A DNA stretch of 64,000 nt, from assembly GCA_964658305.1 (NCBI GenBank), contig OZ210885.1:18414001-18478000 (forward strand). The letters are read 5' to 3'. Shown in pieces: positions 27,299-41,021 of the stretch. Position numbers and translations under genes: made by a program. Numbering within the stretch: position 1 is the first letter of the stretch; the number at the start of each line of letters is the position of its first letter. The notes under the pieces were generated by a model that ran no database searches, was not told the DNA's origin, and saw nothing but the letters and a program-made list of their open reading frames with translations. This stretch comes from Leptogorgia sarmentosa. Lineage: Eukaryota.

Positions 27299-30200
27299 TC
27301 ATTTAGAGCGCATTCTTGACAACGGCCAAGCATAAAATCCACCTTCCTCTACTGTAATTTCGTCGAACGAGCTGGGACAAGGTGGAACCACTTCTTTATT
27401 GGAAGCAATAGAAGTCACCAAAACAGACAGATGGTCAGGAAGTAAGGGTCTGTTGTGTACCATGTTGAAACCTGTGACACACGCTTCCGCACAAACTACA
27501 CCATCATCATTCATCAACTCCACAACATTACCTAAAAATACAAGTTTACAAGATGCAAAAACATTATTATCATTTTGAATTTAATTTTACAATTATACCA
27601 GTGTGATAGACAGCTTTGTATTTCACATTCTCGATACTGTACCTACCACTACGAGTCAAAGGGCGAAGCCAGCCTGACAACTCGGTCATGCTATGCAAAT
27701 TTCATATCATTCTATTCATTATATTAGAAATTGATTGTATTCACGGTCTATAAACATGGAATTTGTATTGCATGATCAAATTATATCGTCCGGCTGGTTT
27801 CGCCACTGTAACAGTCTGTTTCATCCAAATTGAAATCTTCAGGTGCTGGGCCTGACGATTCTTCTAAAATACCAAGCGAATTGCAAAAATAGTGCTCGAA
27901 CAAGTGCTCTATTTTGAACCTCAAAAAGATTGCCAGTACAGCCTGCTTCATCTGAGAGGAATTACAGTGGCAACCTTCTTCGAGGCAAAACTATTTGCTC
28001 TATCTCTATGACTATGGTATCTAGAACTCTTCTGACATTTCTGTAACCAAAACGTTATCACATAATATATAACAATGTGCCCTCCCGGTTGTTACCATAA
28101 TGGCTTTGTGGCAACTCCTGAACTTGGGCACAGGATGTACGGTTACACATTGTGAAAAAAGGGTCGCTGAAACTGCGAACATTGAGCAATGAGTCACGAT
28201 TGCCTCGAATGCCATTCAACTCAAGAAATCGATAATATAACAATTATAGATAATAGTAAATGTCTTTCTGTATAACACAGATTTATCTCACCAGCAATCA
28301 AACCGACATTTGATGATGTTGCAGGGCATTGATCAAGTGTTGATGTCACCGATGCAGTCGTCATGTTGTCAGATGCTACCATTGTATCTTGACTGCTTTC
28401 AGGTAACGCTATGCCTGCAGGTTCTCCTCTACATGCCTCAGGTAATGCTGTGGTCTCAGCTATGTCTCAGATGATCCCATGGTATCTACTGGAATCGTTT
28501 CAGTGATGACCTCAGGTGATTCTTCAGGATCCGACTTCTTATTTTTAAACAAGCATCTCATGCCATGCTTGAACAACTCTCGGGCAGCTTTTCCACTTTG
28601 ACTGCCCTTTGCAATAAACTCTGTTGCAGCACCAGGAGTAGCAGCGAAGTCCCACACAGTAGGTCCACCAGTTGATGATGGATGACAGTACATAACCACC
28701 ACATGGTATCCATGGTTTTTCTGTAGAGTTAACGCCTGTATGAAAAATGTAGCTAATATTTTACGGTATAATTTTCATGCATGCACTGGCAGAGTGCAGC
28801 ACAAAAGCAGATGTACAGAAAACGAATTGATAAGTTTGCACGAGTTCATCGCCACTTAAAGCAATTATAAAGTTCACCAGAATTGTCACGTACAAATCAC
28901 CATGTACATCCAAAATGTGGGCATCATCATTAAATGATGATGCCCCAAATATACTTTGCTCGTTTACAGTTTAATGTTCAAGGTCGTCAGTATTTTTGCA
29001 AAGGACAAATTAAAAACACTAAATACATTTATGTGCATGGCCATGAGTGAAGGTAGCCGTAGCTGATAAGAACATCGAAATGTTGCAAATTGTCAATCAC
29101 TACCGTACCTAGAAGCTAGTATATATTAATCGACGTTTCACCAATTCCCTAAGGCGCGCCTTCGCTCAAAATGCTTAATTTTATTATGGTTTGGGTAGTG
29201 AGTGGAACTTCAGGTGAATTTTTTTTATGTATACACACTACGTACGTATCTGAAGGAACAAAAAAGCTCCTTAATTGCCATTTTCGCGATTTAATCAACC
29301 CATCGTGAGACAAGTTAATAATAAGAACATATACCCTCTTCATAAGTTTGTCTTTTTGATCAGTGGTACTTGTATGTTCAGGTAGCTTGATGTTTGACGG
29401 GCGCTTTGGAATAGCTTCCCCACACTTTGAACAAATCTTACAAGCGTTGCCTACTGTTTCTAAACAACTTGGGCAATTCTTTCTTCGAGAAGTAGTCTAA
29501 AAATCACAGATACTACTCACTCACGTCAGTGTACGCTAAATCAAAAATCTTGTCTTTAAGCAAGAAAGGTGAACGTTTGGGCTAGAATGATATTTTGTTC
29601 TAATCGTTGGTTGTCGTATTTTTTCTTTCTTGACTTTACAAGTGAATTGACTAACTGGAAAAAAAACATTAGTGCCAAAAATAAAACATACAAACTTCTT
29701 TTTAGGTACATTAACATGTTCTATATCCACACTTTCACAGCCTAGAAAGACAATATTAAGAATGGTAATTTAAACATACTGAACAAGTAAATGTTCATAT
29801 TCCATTAATTACCATTCCATTGATATCATTCATGCGATTTTATGACCAAACACAATTAATGTTGTTGAATTTAAAAACAATGAGTATTCAAATACATTAT
29901 GTGTGTTCTAGCCTCCCTGGAAAATGCATGTATTGTGTAAAATTAATGGCAAAGAGACTTTCTTGGTCTAAATGTGTAACTTTATAGGTACAAATCACAA
30001 TACCAAAATAGTACCATCATCTTTGTAACGGTTCAGTGAATGTCAACTTTTCAGATTCAATGTACATGCATGGTGTCCTGATTATGTCTAGTCATACCAA
30101 AACACTTAATCATAAAATGAACAAATAGGATTTTCAACCCAAAAAGTTTAGTTGCTACAGTAGGTTGTAAACCTACAGAGGACTGGAATATTCTACTGAA

Positions 30201-31512
30201 TATTCTCATACTTATCCAGACACTAATGCTGTTGTTTCCTATTTCGTCATGAATGTGGACACAAATACATTCATGAAAATGCCTCCCTAATTATCAATCT
30301 GGCTAAGCCACAGTGTTGATACCCATGTAAGTACATTGTATATATAGTATTACAGTAAACATTACAGTTGGGGTCTTATGCCCCATTTTTTTAGTGCATT
30401 ACATGCCTAGACATGTGACAATGCTGTTGCTGTATTTAACTATATGAGAGTTCTCTAACCAAATGCATGTGTTAAGGCAATCTATTATGTGGAAATTAAC
30501 ATCAACATATACATCATGGACCAGAATGCTTAAGAGATCACAAGGAAAGCGAGCTTTGTAAAATTGCAAGCAAGACTAAAACAGGCTTCATAGAGAGTTC
30601 TGGGTACAATGAATTGAAGGATCAATCACTCCAGTGTAATATGTCCTAAGGATAGAATACAGGGGGTTTTACCTCAAAACAGACTGTTGTCACAACTGTT
30701 CGTATGTAAAGACATGTAGTCGATAGGTACTAAGTCTGCAGATTTTTTTTAATGTGCAGTAACGCTATTGCTTCACTGCTCGTGTGGACGTGGTCATGTG
30801 AGCAATATGGAAATGTTTGGATGAATTGGTATCATCATGCCACAAAGTCTTTGTCCACAAAATGCTATTAAATGTTGCTAGGTATCATATGGAGGAAACT
30901 GTACAGTTTGCATACAATAAAAAGGTTGCCACCAAGGTGGCAAAAAAAAGCAATCATGCCAGCGCAATCAAATTGGGGGTACTCTTACATGTCTGAGACT
31001 CTGAGGAATTTCAAAATTGACATAAGAAACTCACTCTCTCAGAAAACTCAGAAGAATGTCATTTCTTGTGTTCTGGGAAAGGTTTTAGAAATGTTACAAA
31101 GATCACAACTGTAAAAAGATTCCACCACAAACAGTGTGGCGCTGTTATGGGGTATTTTGCCAAATAGAGAAAATCGAGATAATTTCTAAACCCTCATGGC
31201 CCAGTTGTTCAAAGCTAGGTTAATACAAACCCTGTGTTAAAATGAAACCCAATGTTTTGATTATGTATTTCTGCCCGTCTGTTTGCTTCGAAGTTCGAAA
31301 CTCCACTAACACTTAAATGGTGCACTCCTGATTTCAAGCACTTTATTGTACTTCTGGCTGACACAGAACTTCTATTAAACATTTTCTTTAGAAATACATA
31401 TCGCAGTATCGCACCAAAATTACCTCATTTCAGTTCATTTATGACTAGCACGTAACTTCCACAAATACAGGTTTTAACAGTACTTGAAAACATTACCTTT
31501 GTCGTCGTTCAT
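27299..31512 (-). CDS. Second, convergent spliced gene of the KDZ element: zinc-ribbon protein with small C-terminal domain (in-frame stop near 28460)
   Basis: Exons ~31497-31512, 29334-29496 (RKNCPSC..NACKICSKCG), 28292-28735 and 27299-27531, with GT-AG ends on the minus strand; intermediate exons uncertain. Confidence 0.55.
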
Positions 31513-32627
31513 TTGCATTTCGAATATGTTCCGAATCCCAAATGGTAATTTTATTCAAAGTACTTGAAATATGTAAATTTATAGAAAATACAAACTTTAA
31601 ACGTGCTTTAACTCCTCAATATGTTAAATTTTAGCGCGAACCATTGCGTCGATTGCGCGAGCAAGGATTGGGTAACCTGGCCTGGTCAGCTGTGAAAGCG
31701 CCTTGAAATTGAGCCTCACACTCAATTTGCCCGACAAATAACAATTAAGTTATACACTCAATTTCGGGTAGAGACTGGGTTGGTTTATATGCACTACAAC
31801 TATTATGACTGTAAATTATTAGACTAGTTTCCACCACCTTCCAAAGCAAAGAGCAATGGACAATGAGATGAAGGAGGAAGTGAAATTAATGTTGAAAATG
31901 AAAGCAAACAAAAAGCTCATACAACAGCACATCAGCCAGGGAACAGGCAAATTGGTAACACTCAAAGACATTCATAACATGGCTACGAAAAAACATGGTG
32001 GGCTCACAGAACTAATTGATGAAATGAAAAATGTACCAGGTATACATAGAGTAACTGTTGTACAATTATGATGTATGTTTTGTTGTGCTGTATTCTGGCA
32101 CTAGTCAGATAATTTTCCAAATAGTCTTCTCCAAGGATCACGGAAGATAGATAATTGGGGGCAAATATTAATATATTTGTATAACGTATTACTAATTTCT
32201 TTTGAAATCAATTGTTTTCAAGGTCTGTGAATGCGAATATATGAATATTTGCCCCCCTCCAATTATTGATCTACAACAATAACTAAGGTCTTGTTAATAA
32301 ATTATGTTATGTAGGTGCAAAAGTTGAGGTGTATATTGACAACAATAAGAATTTCAAAGGACTCTTTTACCAAGATCAAGATATGAGAAAAATGTTCCAT
32401 TCTTATCCAGAAATCCTTCTTGTTGATGCCACATATAAACTAAATGATCTTCGTTTACCATTATATGTTATGCTTGCAATAGATGGGAATGGAGAAAGTG
32501 AAATTGTGGGTTTGATGTTGGCAGCTGATGAGCAACGTGAAACAGTTAGACAGATGGTAATCTTTTTTAAAAACCACAACCCAAAATGGTAACAAATAAA
32601 TTGCATCATGGCAGACAAGGACATGAC

Positions 32628-32993
32628 CACTAACGGCTAAATCGAGGAATGCACATTTACATTTTTTAGTATACTTAGTAGTATTAGAAAATGTGTTTAT
32701 AAATATTTTTACAGCAATTTGTGTAGAGCTTCGTTGGCTCAGTGGTTACAGTTCTCGCCATGCGTGCACGTGCCGCGGGTTCGATTCCCAAGCCTTGCCC
32801 TCTGACTTTTTTCCCATTTTTTTTTGTTTATTTTCTCTATTTTTTCCAACATTTTTGTTGTTTGGGTGTGGATTAGGATAGAAAATGGAAGAAGAAAACA
32901 CTTTACTTTTGGTTTAGAGTCAAAATTACAATGTAATATTACTCGACCCAGGGCCTCCCATAAAATGTGCATTCCTCGATTAGGCCAACCGTG
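32628..32993. mobile_element. 366-bp MITE-like insertion in a MULE exon
   Basis: CAC...GTG ends, imperfect TIR with core AATCGAGGAATGCACATTT, ACATGAC duplicated; removal restores ADKDMTERN. Confidence 0.85.
32728..32800 (+). other. tRNA-derived (Gly-like) sequence with Pol III A/B boxes
   Basis: TGGCTCAGTGG ... TTCTCGCC ... GGGTTCGATTCCC; no intact cloverleaf evident. Confidence 0.55.
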
Positions 32994-33259
32994 ACATGAC
33001 CGAACGAAATGTGTTAAAAGAACTTCCCCAAGCAGGTTTATGCACTAGTCAATTGAAAGCCCGGCCCCCCGACCCCCGGAGATGGGCCGGGATTTTAACA
33101 TTTTACAGGTGTTAAAACCCCGGCCCAAAAATATTGCACAATTGCTAAATTTCCCGGCTACCGGGGTGAAATTTTTCAAATTTTGCCAACATTTCACTAA
33201 GCTATAACTGAGTAATCCATGGAACGAAGCAACAACATGTACATTTATTCAGCTTTTAA

Positions 33260-34931
33260 AGTGCTACTGAATCGAAATTTTTTGTATGCGTTTTTTTACA
33301 TAATCGAATAGTTCAATCTTTCCTGGTCAATATGGTATATTTTTTATAATAATTGAAGAACGGGAACACGGATAATTTTCGCTTCAAAGTTGGGCTATGC
33401 ATGCGAATTTTTTCTCTTGAAATATGATGCCGGTGTGACGTAATTAAAAGGACGGAAGTCGATGTATAAGCAAGCTTTACTATATATTTTGTTAGTGTTT
33501 TCGTGTATGTTCATGAATAAACACGAGTTTATTGAGCAGAGAAAGCGAACGGAGTTTGGATAACGAGAACTCTGATGCATGTAGTGAAAATTTACATACG
33601 GATTCGAGCGATGAGGAAACATTGGTTGTGAATTCCGTTGTGAATCCGTATGAAAACGAGCCGCTCGCAAAGCCCTATTGGATTTTCCTTTGAATGATGT
33701 TGTAGGTATTTTAGATCTGCTGTATAGCTATGATCATGTATTGTGGGTATTAGGCTTTAGTCCTTTTTGTTACATAGTCTAGGTGTTTAAAATGTCCAGT
33801 CCGTGTTGTAGTGTGGCCAAAAACACGATATTCGCGCAGGGTCTAATTGACTAATCTATAAATATTATAAGACTGTCCTACGAGGTGCTTTTTAGGAAGA
33901 CACGCATATAGCACAGATACACACATATACATATAAGTTTATACATTCCACGTGCACACAATTAAAAACGTGAAAAATAAAGCTAGAATTGATGTATTAA
34001 AAACTGTAAAAGGTGCATGAGAGGAAGGTATTGTGGATATGGTTGTCTAAGTCAAGTGTGAAATATCTATGTATGTATGTTGAGGCCATCATATAATTCA
34101 GAGAGTCTAGGATTACTAGACCTTACTTTTGAAGTATATTGGCGAGAGTTATTTGAGTATAGATCCAATCATCCATGGATAAGTTTTGTATAGTAATGTC
34201 ACCTTTTACAGTTTTTAATACATTAATTCTAGCTTTATTTTTCACGTTTTTAATTGTGTGCACGTGGAATGTATAAACTTATATGTATATGTGTGTATCT
34301 GTTCTGTGCTACATGCGTGTCTTCCTAAAAAGCACCTCGTAGGACAGTCTTATAATATAGACCCTGCGCGAATATCGTGTTTTGGCCATTTACAACATAC
34401 GACACACTACAACACGGACTGGACATTCTAAACACTTAGAGTCCTAGACTATCTAACAAAAAGGACTAAAGCGTAGTACTCAAAATACATGATCATAGCT
34501 ATACAGCAGATCTAAAATACCTACAACAACATTCAAAGGAAAGTCCAATAGGACTCTTTGATTATCAGTTCAACAATGAACGGTCCCTATTGTGAGTTAC
34601 AGTTTGTCTTATATTAATACGTTGAGGATGCTGCAGCCCTCTGTTTGAGAGTTTTATCTACATAGACCCAAAAGTTAAGTTAGAAAATGACAATTTTGTA
34701 TATATTTATATAGGCTTGTAGCTATCAAATTCAACTTCCGTCCTTTAAATGACGTCACACGCGCAAGGTCAATTTCGCATCGAAACATGCAAAAATGCAA
34801 AATTTGAGCGCAATTTTCTATACCTTCTCGTCGATGGAATACAATATGTGATACACCAAAATGATCATTGAAACGGGGAGAAACGGATTATGTAAAAAAA
34901 CGCATACCCACAATTTCGATTCAGTATCACT
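33260..34931. mobile_element. Kolobok-like non-autonomous element
   Basis: TTAA flanks; TIR AGTG(C/A)TACTGAATCGAAATT...TATGCGTTTTTTTACATAATC. Confidence 0.75.
33675..34553. repeat. Long foldback: ~345-bp inverted arms around a ~175-bp spacer
   Basis: 33675-34020 is the near reverse complement of 34197-34553. Confidence 0.85.
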
Positions 34932-35565
34932 TTAAATACTGAACAGGAAAATAAATAAACAAGCTGTAAATAGACAAAGCTAGAAAAAATCACATATATA
35001 TGTATACTTCGCACAATTGTTCAGTTTAATATCTGTGCTTCTCAAATTATCAATAATTCATGAGGAAAGTTGTATTTGGAAAATCACGACAAAATACAAC
35101 GAAAATAGGGACTTTCTCACCAAATATTGGTTCGTTTGAGAAACTATTAAAGTAAAACACTCGTAGGTGTTCTTGGAGTGATTTCAACGAACAGATGGTT
35201 AATAGAAAATAGCTGCGCCTCCTACTTCCAACTTGCTGATCAAGATGGCCTGTGTAAACGGAGCTTGAGGAATGTGATTTTTTAAACTCCAACATTACGG
35301 AAAAGATGGCGGCATGTACATTTTACCAGAATGCATTGCAAGCATTAAGAGTAAATAACTGAATAAAGGTTACACGAACTCAGCTTGATGCTAAATTTTA
35401 GCACAACGAAGAAATTAACGTCCTGCCTTATGCTTGTCCTTCGAAAGATGTGTACTAGCTTTTTTAACCGATTTCAGACCGCAAAGCATTCTGGAAAATG
35501 TACATCCGCTATGTTTTCCGTGATCGTGAATTGTGAAATTATTATAAGTGTAAAACTACAACAGT

Positions 35566-38500
35566 TTATTTCTTCTTTCGCTGCAACTTGCAGTTTGGAC
35601 AAAGCCAAGTACCCTTTTGTAGATTTTTAAGACCCACACATTTTATATGGAACCACCGAACATCACATTCATCGTTGTCGCACTGCAGCATCAGGCCAAA
35701 CTCAGGTTGTTTACAGAGACAGAACAGATCAGTTTCGACTATAAAATTCAAGAACAGATAATCAACAATCAAATTCCATACCTTTCAGGTTTAACCTAGG
35801 TTACTGTACTATAAATATTATTTGGGAAAATCAGATAAAATAGATTGCATATTAAAATAAAATGTAAGAATATATAATTGAATAATTTTAATTAATTTTA
35901 AACCTCACCTTGGCAATCGGGGCAAAACCAGGTGAAAACAGGGCTGTACTTCAATCCAAGACACCCTATATGGAACCACTTTATTGTACAATGTTTTCCT
36001 TCACAAAGGATCATATCTCCATATTCAACGTCTCGACACCAACACCATACGTCTAACACAGCGTCCTCCTTTTTGCGTTCTGAAGAAGAAGCATGGAATA
36101 CGTCACCAGAAACTAATGACTATCTGCTGTTTTTAGAAAAGAATAAATATCCAACTACTTACGAACTTTCTGTCTGTTCTTTCTCGTTAATGCAGCCTTC
36201 TGAACTCCCTTTTTCCTATGTTCCATAGTTGCCTTTAGATGATCCACCTGCATTGAAACTTCATTGAATGATAGCAATGTCTGTTTGGCGACGGCCTCCA
36301 AAACTTCTTTAGAGAGTTCTTTTCCGTCCTTAATAGACTTGTAGAACTTTTCTTTTATCACGTCACTTGGTGGCTTAAAAAGGAAGTTAGTGGTATCATA
36401 TTCCCAGTCTTTCACAAACGCCAAATGGGCTTCAGGTCTCAAATAATGACCAGAGCATGCATCAGAGCACTCTTTACATGATCCGCCCCACGGTCGTTCA
36501 GGGTCTGCGATTGGAAGGGGAATGTAAGTCAAAGGTGGTCTATTTTCAAACCAAAAATGCTTTACAGACTCAGTTTGGCACAGAGGATGCGAACATCCCT
36601 TTTGATGACAAAGCGTTAGTACGAAGCAATACTGTGCTGGGACATCACGATTCATGTGCTTCTCGCGTACAGTCCACACTCTTTCGAAATACTGATAAAG
36701 AGATGGGTTGGCTTTTCTGAGCTCATCCTTCTGCTCCGGTTTTCCCCTCAAAAAAACTAACAGAGATTCTCTTCGCTCAGTAGCTGATGTGTCCTTCCCC
36801 CCTTTATAAAGCTGGATATTGGTCCCGCAACATGGTGCCCCGTTAACTCGGTCGATATAGACATCTGTAGCCACATCCAGGTTTTCAGTTAGCTTTTCTT
36901 TATCCAGACCATCACTATTAAAGTTGCTACCGGTCAAAGTTGACGGAATATAAAGATTGGCATGTGCTTTAACAATACAGCCATTCATCAATTCGACGGG
37001 TTTTAAGTATGAGCCACCCCTGTTTCTGGTTGTGACAATTGAGCAGGTTTTCGTCTTTTGAAGGTACCATTCGGTCCACAGAAACTGGACTTCGACATAT
37101 CCAGGTCCTTCGTCACCAGCCCCGTCCACCTGAATGCAATCAATTGGTTTTCCAGTGATGTAGTTATCTCCGTCTCCAACATGTTTAAATCGATGTAATG
37201 TCGAATGTTAACACCCCAGTACGTCGCAATGCATCTGCTCCTACTCTTTTCAATTTAATGAAGTCCTCGATATCTTTACCAATACTGGGATGTTCTTTTA
37301 CAATCCGGCTTGCTCTTTTAGGAAACGACCTTTTAGGACACTTTGGTTCGCAATCTCCTTTGCAACTTTTCGCTTGGCCTTTTGTATAATCGACCGCCGT
37401 AATGCTTGGATGTGCTTTTTCCCATTTTCACACCATTGGGTAAACTCTTCCTCATGAGCTTCAACTTCCTCGGAATCGGATTCTGAAAAAACAGGATCAC
37501 CTTCGATCATTAAAGGTTGTCTCTGCTGATAGTCGGCAAATTCTTCGTAAGAATCCTTTGCTCGGACCAACTCTTCTTCATTCAGACCAACATTTGATAA
37601 GTTACTTGCAAAGGCACACAGCAGTTCGTCAAATTCGTCTTCGCACAATTGTTTTAAACGTAGCCGGAGCTCATTATGAAATAAAAACCAATTTAAATTG
37701 CTCGCTCTGAGACATGAAATCATAATTTCATAGGGTGGTGTTTTACTGGTATCTTTGTTGGATGTGTTTCCGGGTGAGGCATTTAACCTAAGACTATTTG
37801 CATCATGCTCCAAATCACTTTCTTCATAGTCAATCTCTGACTCCAATTCATCAGACTCAGATTCACTGGAATTATCTTCCAATATTCCAAGAGAATTAAG
37901 AAGTGCTGTATCTTCAAGTGTCGCAAGTTCCATAACAGATTTTTGAATCTCACTTGCCATCAACATAGCTTGTTCCACCTTCTCAACAGTTTTTGCATTG
38001 TTATCAATACCATAGGTCAACCTTGCTTGATTTGCAGATTGTCCCCACGTGGCTACATATTTCAACAATTTTCCGTCCGATTCAGTTGATGCTAACTGAC
38101 AAACAGCGCGAAGGGTTTCCTTATCAATTTGATTGCCCAATTCCTTTTCAGGTACCATCTTTGGGAACAGGTCCAAAAATAGTTTGTAGTCCATATCATG
38201 CCTTTTCTCGGTAACGAACAAGACTTTTCCCTTCACAATGACCACGGGTAATTGTAAAAGTCGCTGGACTGCTTTATCTGTCTTGTAAACTTTGTTTGGA
38301 AATTGCTTCCTAAACACGTCGAACACTTTGGCAACTCCTTCCTCTGAAATAGAAGACGCCATATTGATCAATACTCAGCATTCTTTGCAGGAACTACTGT
38401 GGCACCTCTTGCAATATTCACCACGATAAATAATGAACTCTCTTAACGAGACTGCAGACATCAAAGAAACATACAGACCATCGTCTAAACGGCACAAAGT

Positions 38501-41021
38501 TACATCACTAAGTTTCAAACGCACATTTGTAACAAAAGTTTTGTATTTTTCTTCGTCAAAAGAACCACCCACCAGTGTAGTTTTGCAAGTATCTATCGTG
38601 TCTACATTTACACTGGTGGTTCTTTTCATCGTCTGGCACGACTTCCATGAGTGCGGTTGGTTCGGACAGACTTGTTCCGCAGAAGGCTTTTCGATCCAAT
38701 GGCTGGCTGCAAATATTTCCCGATTGTGTTGATTCATTATCACTGCGATTATCTACTTCTTCGGACACAAGAATAACGTCACTGTGATCTGGCGGTTTGG
38801 CCTTCTCTGTGTCTTGGTGTTGATCGATTTCCAATTGCCTCGTCTGTTTGGGATCAGCTTTCTTGAGAAAGTGGTTAATGCTAGTCGATGACGATGCTTC
38901 GTTTTTCTTTTTAATGCAATTGACCCGTTTACTTGCTTTCTCTTTCTGCTGAAGTAATTCCAATTCTGATTCATATTTTCTCTTTTTCTGTCAGAGCTCG
39001 TCAATTTGCTTAGACACTTCTACGGCTTTACTAAAATTGCGCACATTTGAACACTTATCTCTTTGCTGCACAGAGAAACTTAACTGTAGGTTAACTTCAC
39101 ACAAATCGCAATTGTGTGACCCGGTTTTCACAAAGTTCACGGGTAATATTTTTTCTCGTAGTCGAACTAGATGTGGAAGAATCTGGACTGCAAAAGGTTG
39201 ACCTTGATTTTCCCTTCTTGTACTGAAAACCGGAATCGTGTAGCTTGTTGCCAGTTTCTGTAATTCGTGCTTATTTTTCAACAGAGTTGGATCTTTCATC
39301 GCTTCCAAGAAACACGCGTTGTTGATTGCCTTATGATAATCGTACAGCTTATCATCGGACTTTAATTGATAAATCTGGCTTTCCTGGCTGATTCTATTAA
39401 GATCAACACTTATTGTTTGGTGGCATGTGGACATCAAGTTAGCCTAGAAATAAAAAAAATTGCTAAGAATTTCCATTTTGATAGTTGATGTTAAGATTCT
39501 CGTTTGCGCCAGAACGCTGCTATGCGTAGGTCTGTGAGTTACCACGCGAAAGTTAGAATTTTTAGTGAACAGAATGGAAATATTGTATCAAATAATATGA
39601 CAATACAACAACTACCAAGGGGGATTACTATATCACTTGACGTTTACGCACTAGTCAGAATTGCAAATTTTCACTGAAATTCTCACTGCTTTTTCTTTCA
39701 TCTCAGCTTTATAGGGCATAGGACTTAATAACATCCTAAAAGGACCTGTCAAATTTATTGATAATGCATGATAACTGGGATTTATTAAGTTGTGTCATTT
39801 AATGACATGCAAATTAATAATCAACCTATTATTGTTTCCACTACCCCTGGATTCTGGAAAGCAGCAAGCTGGGGATAAGCAATTGGGAATGCATACTTGT
39901 AATTGTAGCAGCAATGAGCAACATAATCTAGATGTTTCTTAATCTCCTGCATGCTTTTCAACCACCTGAATGTTCATCAAAATGGAAAACAGTCTAGTGT
40001 AAGTATTGAAATAGAGATATTTTTTAAAGATACAACCATTCAGATGTGGTAGAAATAACCAGAGCCGTGAGAGGAGAGTTTCATTTCATCTCTTTATTCT
40101 TTTTGAAACATGTATAATCATTTTGTAATATATTTTTTATAATGTGTCAGTGTAATGATATGTTTTGAATAAAATATAGTGAGACTATAAAGATATATCC
40201 TGAACTTTTTAACAAATTACACTCTTCCCAGTTGTGGGCTCAGAACTAAAAACTGTAAAATGCAAAATGCCTGTCCACCCTGGCCCACCCTCCAGGGGGC
40301 AGTGGAAACAAATTATGGGTGTATATAACAAAACAAAAATACCAATATATTGAATAAAAGTTACAGTACACATACCTGGTATATTATAAATCTCTTCTGC
40401 ATGAATGTCTGTAATATTTGTATTGGTTATCCTCTCAGATGAGGCTGATGCAGCAATGTTTTGAATAACTTTAATTTTTTCCTTGTCCTTCATTTCACCA
40501 GTATCTTGAATGTCAATCCATTCAGACCAATCACTGTCATACTTCTGAAGTACAAGATCTCCCTCCACCAAGTTGAGATCCTGTTTCAATTCATCAATAA
40601 TATTTTAAGGCCAATCTCAGTCCCAATATATTTAACAATATTTCTTGATCCATACTGGAAAAGAATCTGCAGTGACAAAAAGGTGACAGTATTCAAATAA
40701 ATTTTAATATAATGAACCGAAACATACTGTTTTCAATCTCCAAGGAAAGGTATCTGTAAACATAAATTCACATAATTTGATTTTACAAGCATGCTTATTA
40801 TAAAAGCCGGCAAGAAGCATTCATTTTTTGTGGCACAATCTTTTCCTCATGAATTATTAATCATGAGTTTTTTTTTAATAATTACAAGATGTTGGTATAA
40901 ACAAATAACAAAAAATGTTAACTTAAAAGTGGAAGATAGATAAAGCATAACAGAGATTTCTTGTTTCCTTACCTTTTTTTGCTCTCTTGTAGTTGTAAGT
41001 CTTGTTGGACTGGCTGCCATG
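35566..41021 (-). pseudogene. Putative DDE-like transposase with two C-terminal ING-type PHD fingers, fragmented
   Basis: Exons 40972-41021, ~40376-40667, ~36162-39444 (frameshifted; CIQVDGAGDEGP...GGSYLKPVE), 35910-36124 (CWC..MILCE..C..KWFHIGC..WFCPDC) and 35566-35738 (CLC..MLQCD..C..RWFHIKC..WLCPNC). Confidence 0.7.

Larger units (their letters stand above)
18062..31782 (+). mobile_element. KDZ (Kyakuja-Dileera-Zisupton-type) DNA transposon, 13.7 kb
   Basis: 128-bp TIRs (18062-18189 and 31655-31782, starting CAACCCAGTCTCTACCCG); 7-bp TSD GTTTATA (18055-18061 and 31783-31789); internal KDZ gene. Confidence 0.92.

Noticed and set aside
32728..32800. Functional tRNA gene
   Set aside because: Acceptor and anticodon stems do not pair convincingly; kept only as tRNA-derived.
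35566..36124. Host ING/YNG2 gene
   Set aside because: The PHD exons lie within TIRs and follow a transposase-like ORF; no ING N-terminal domain is seen.
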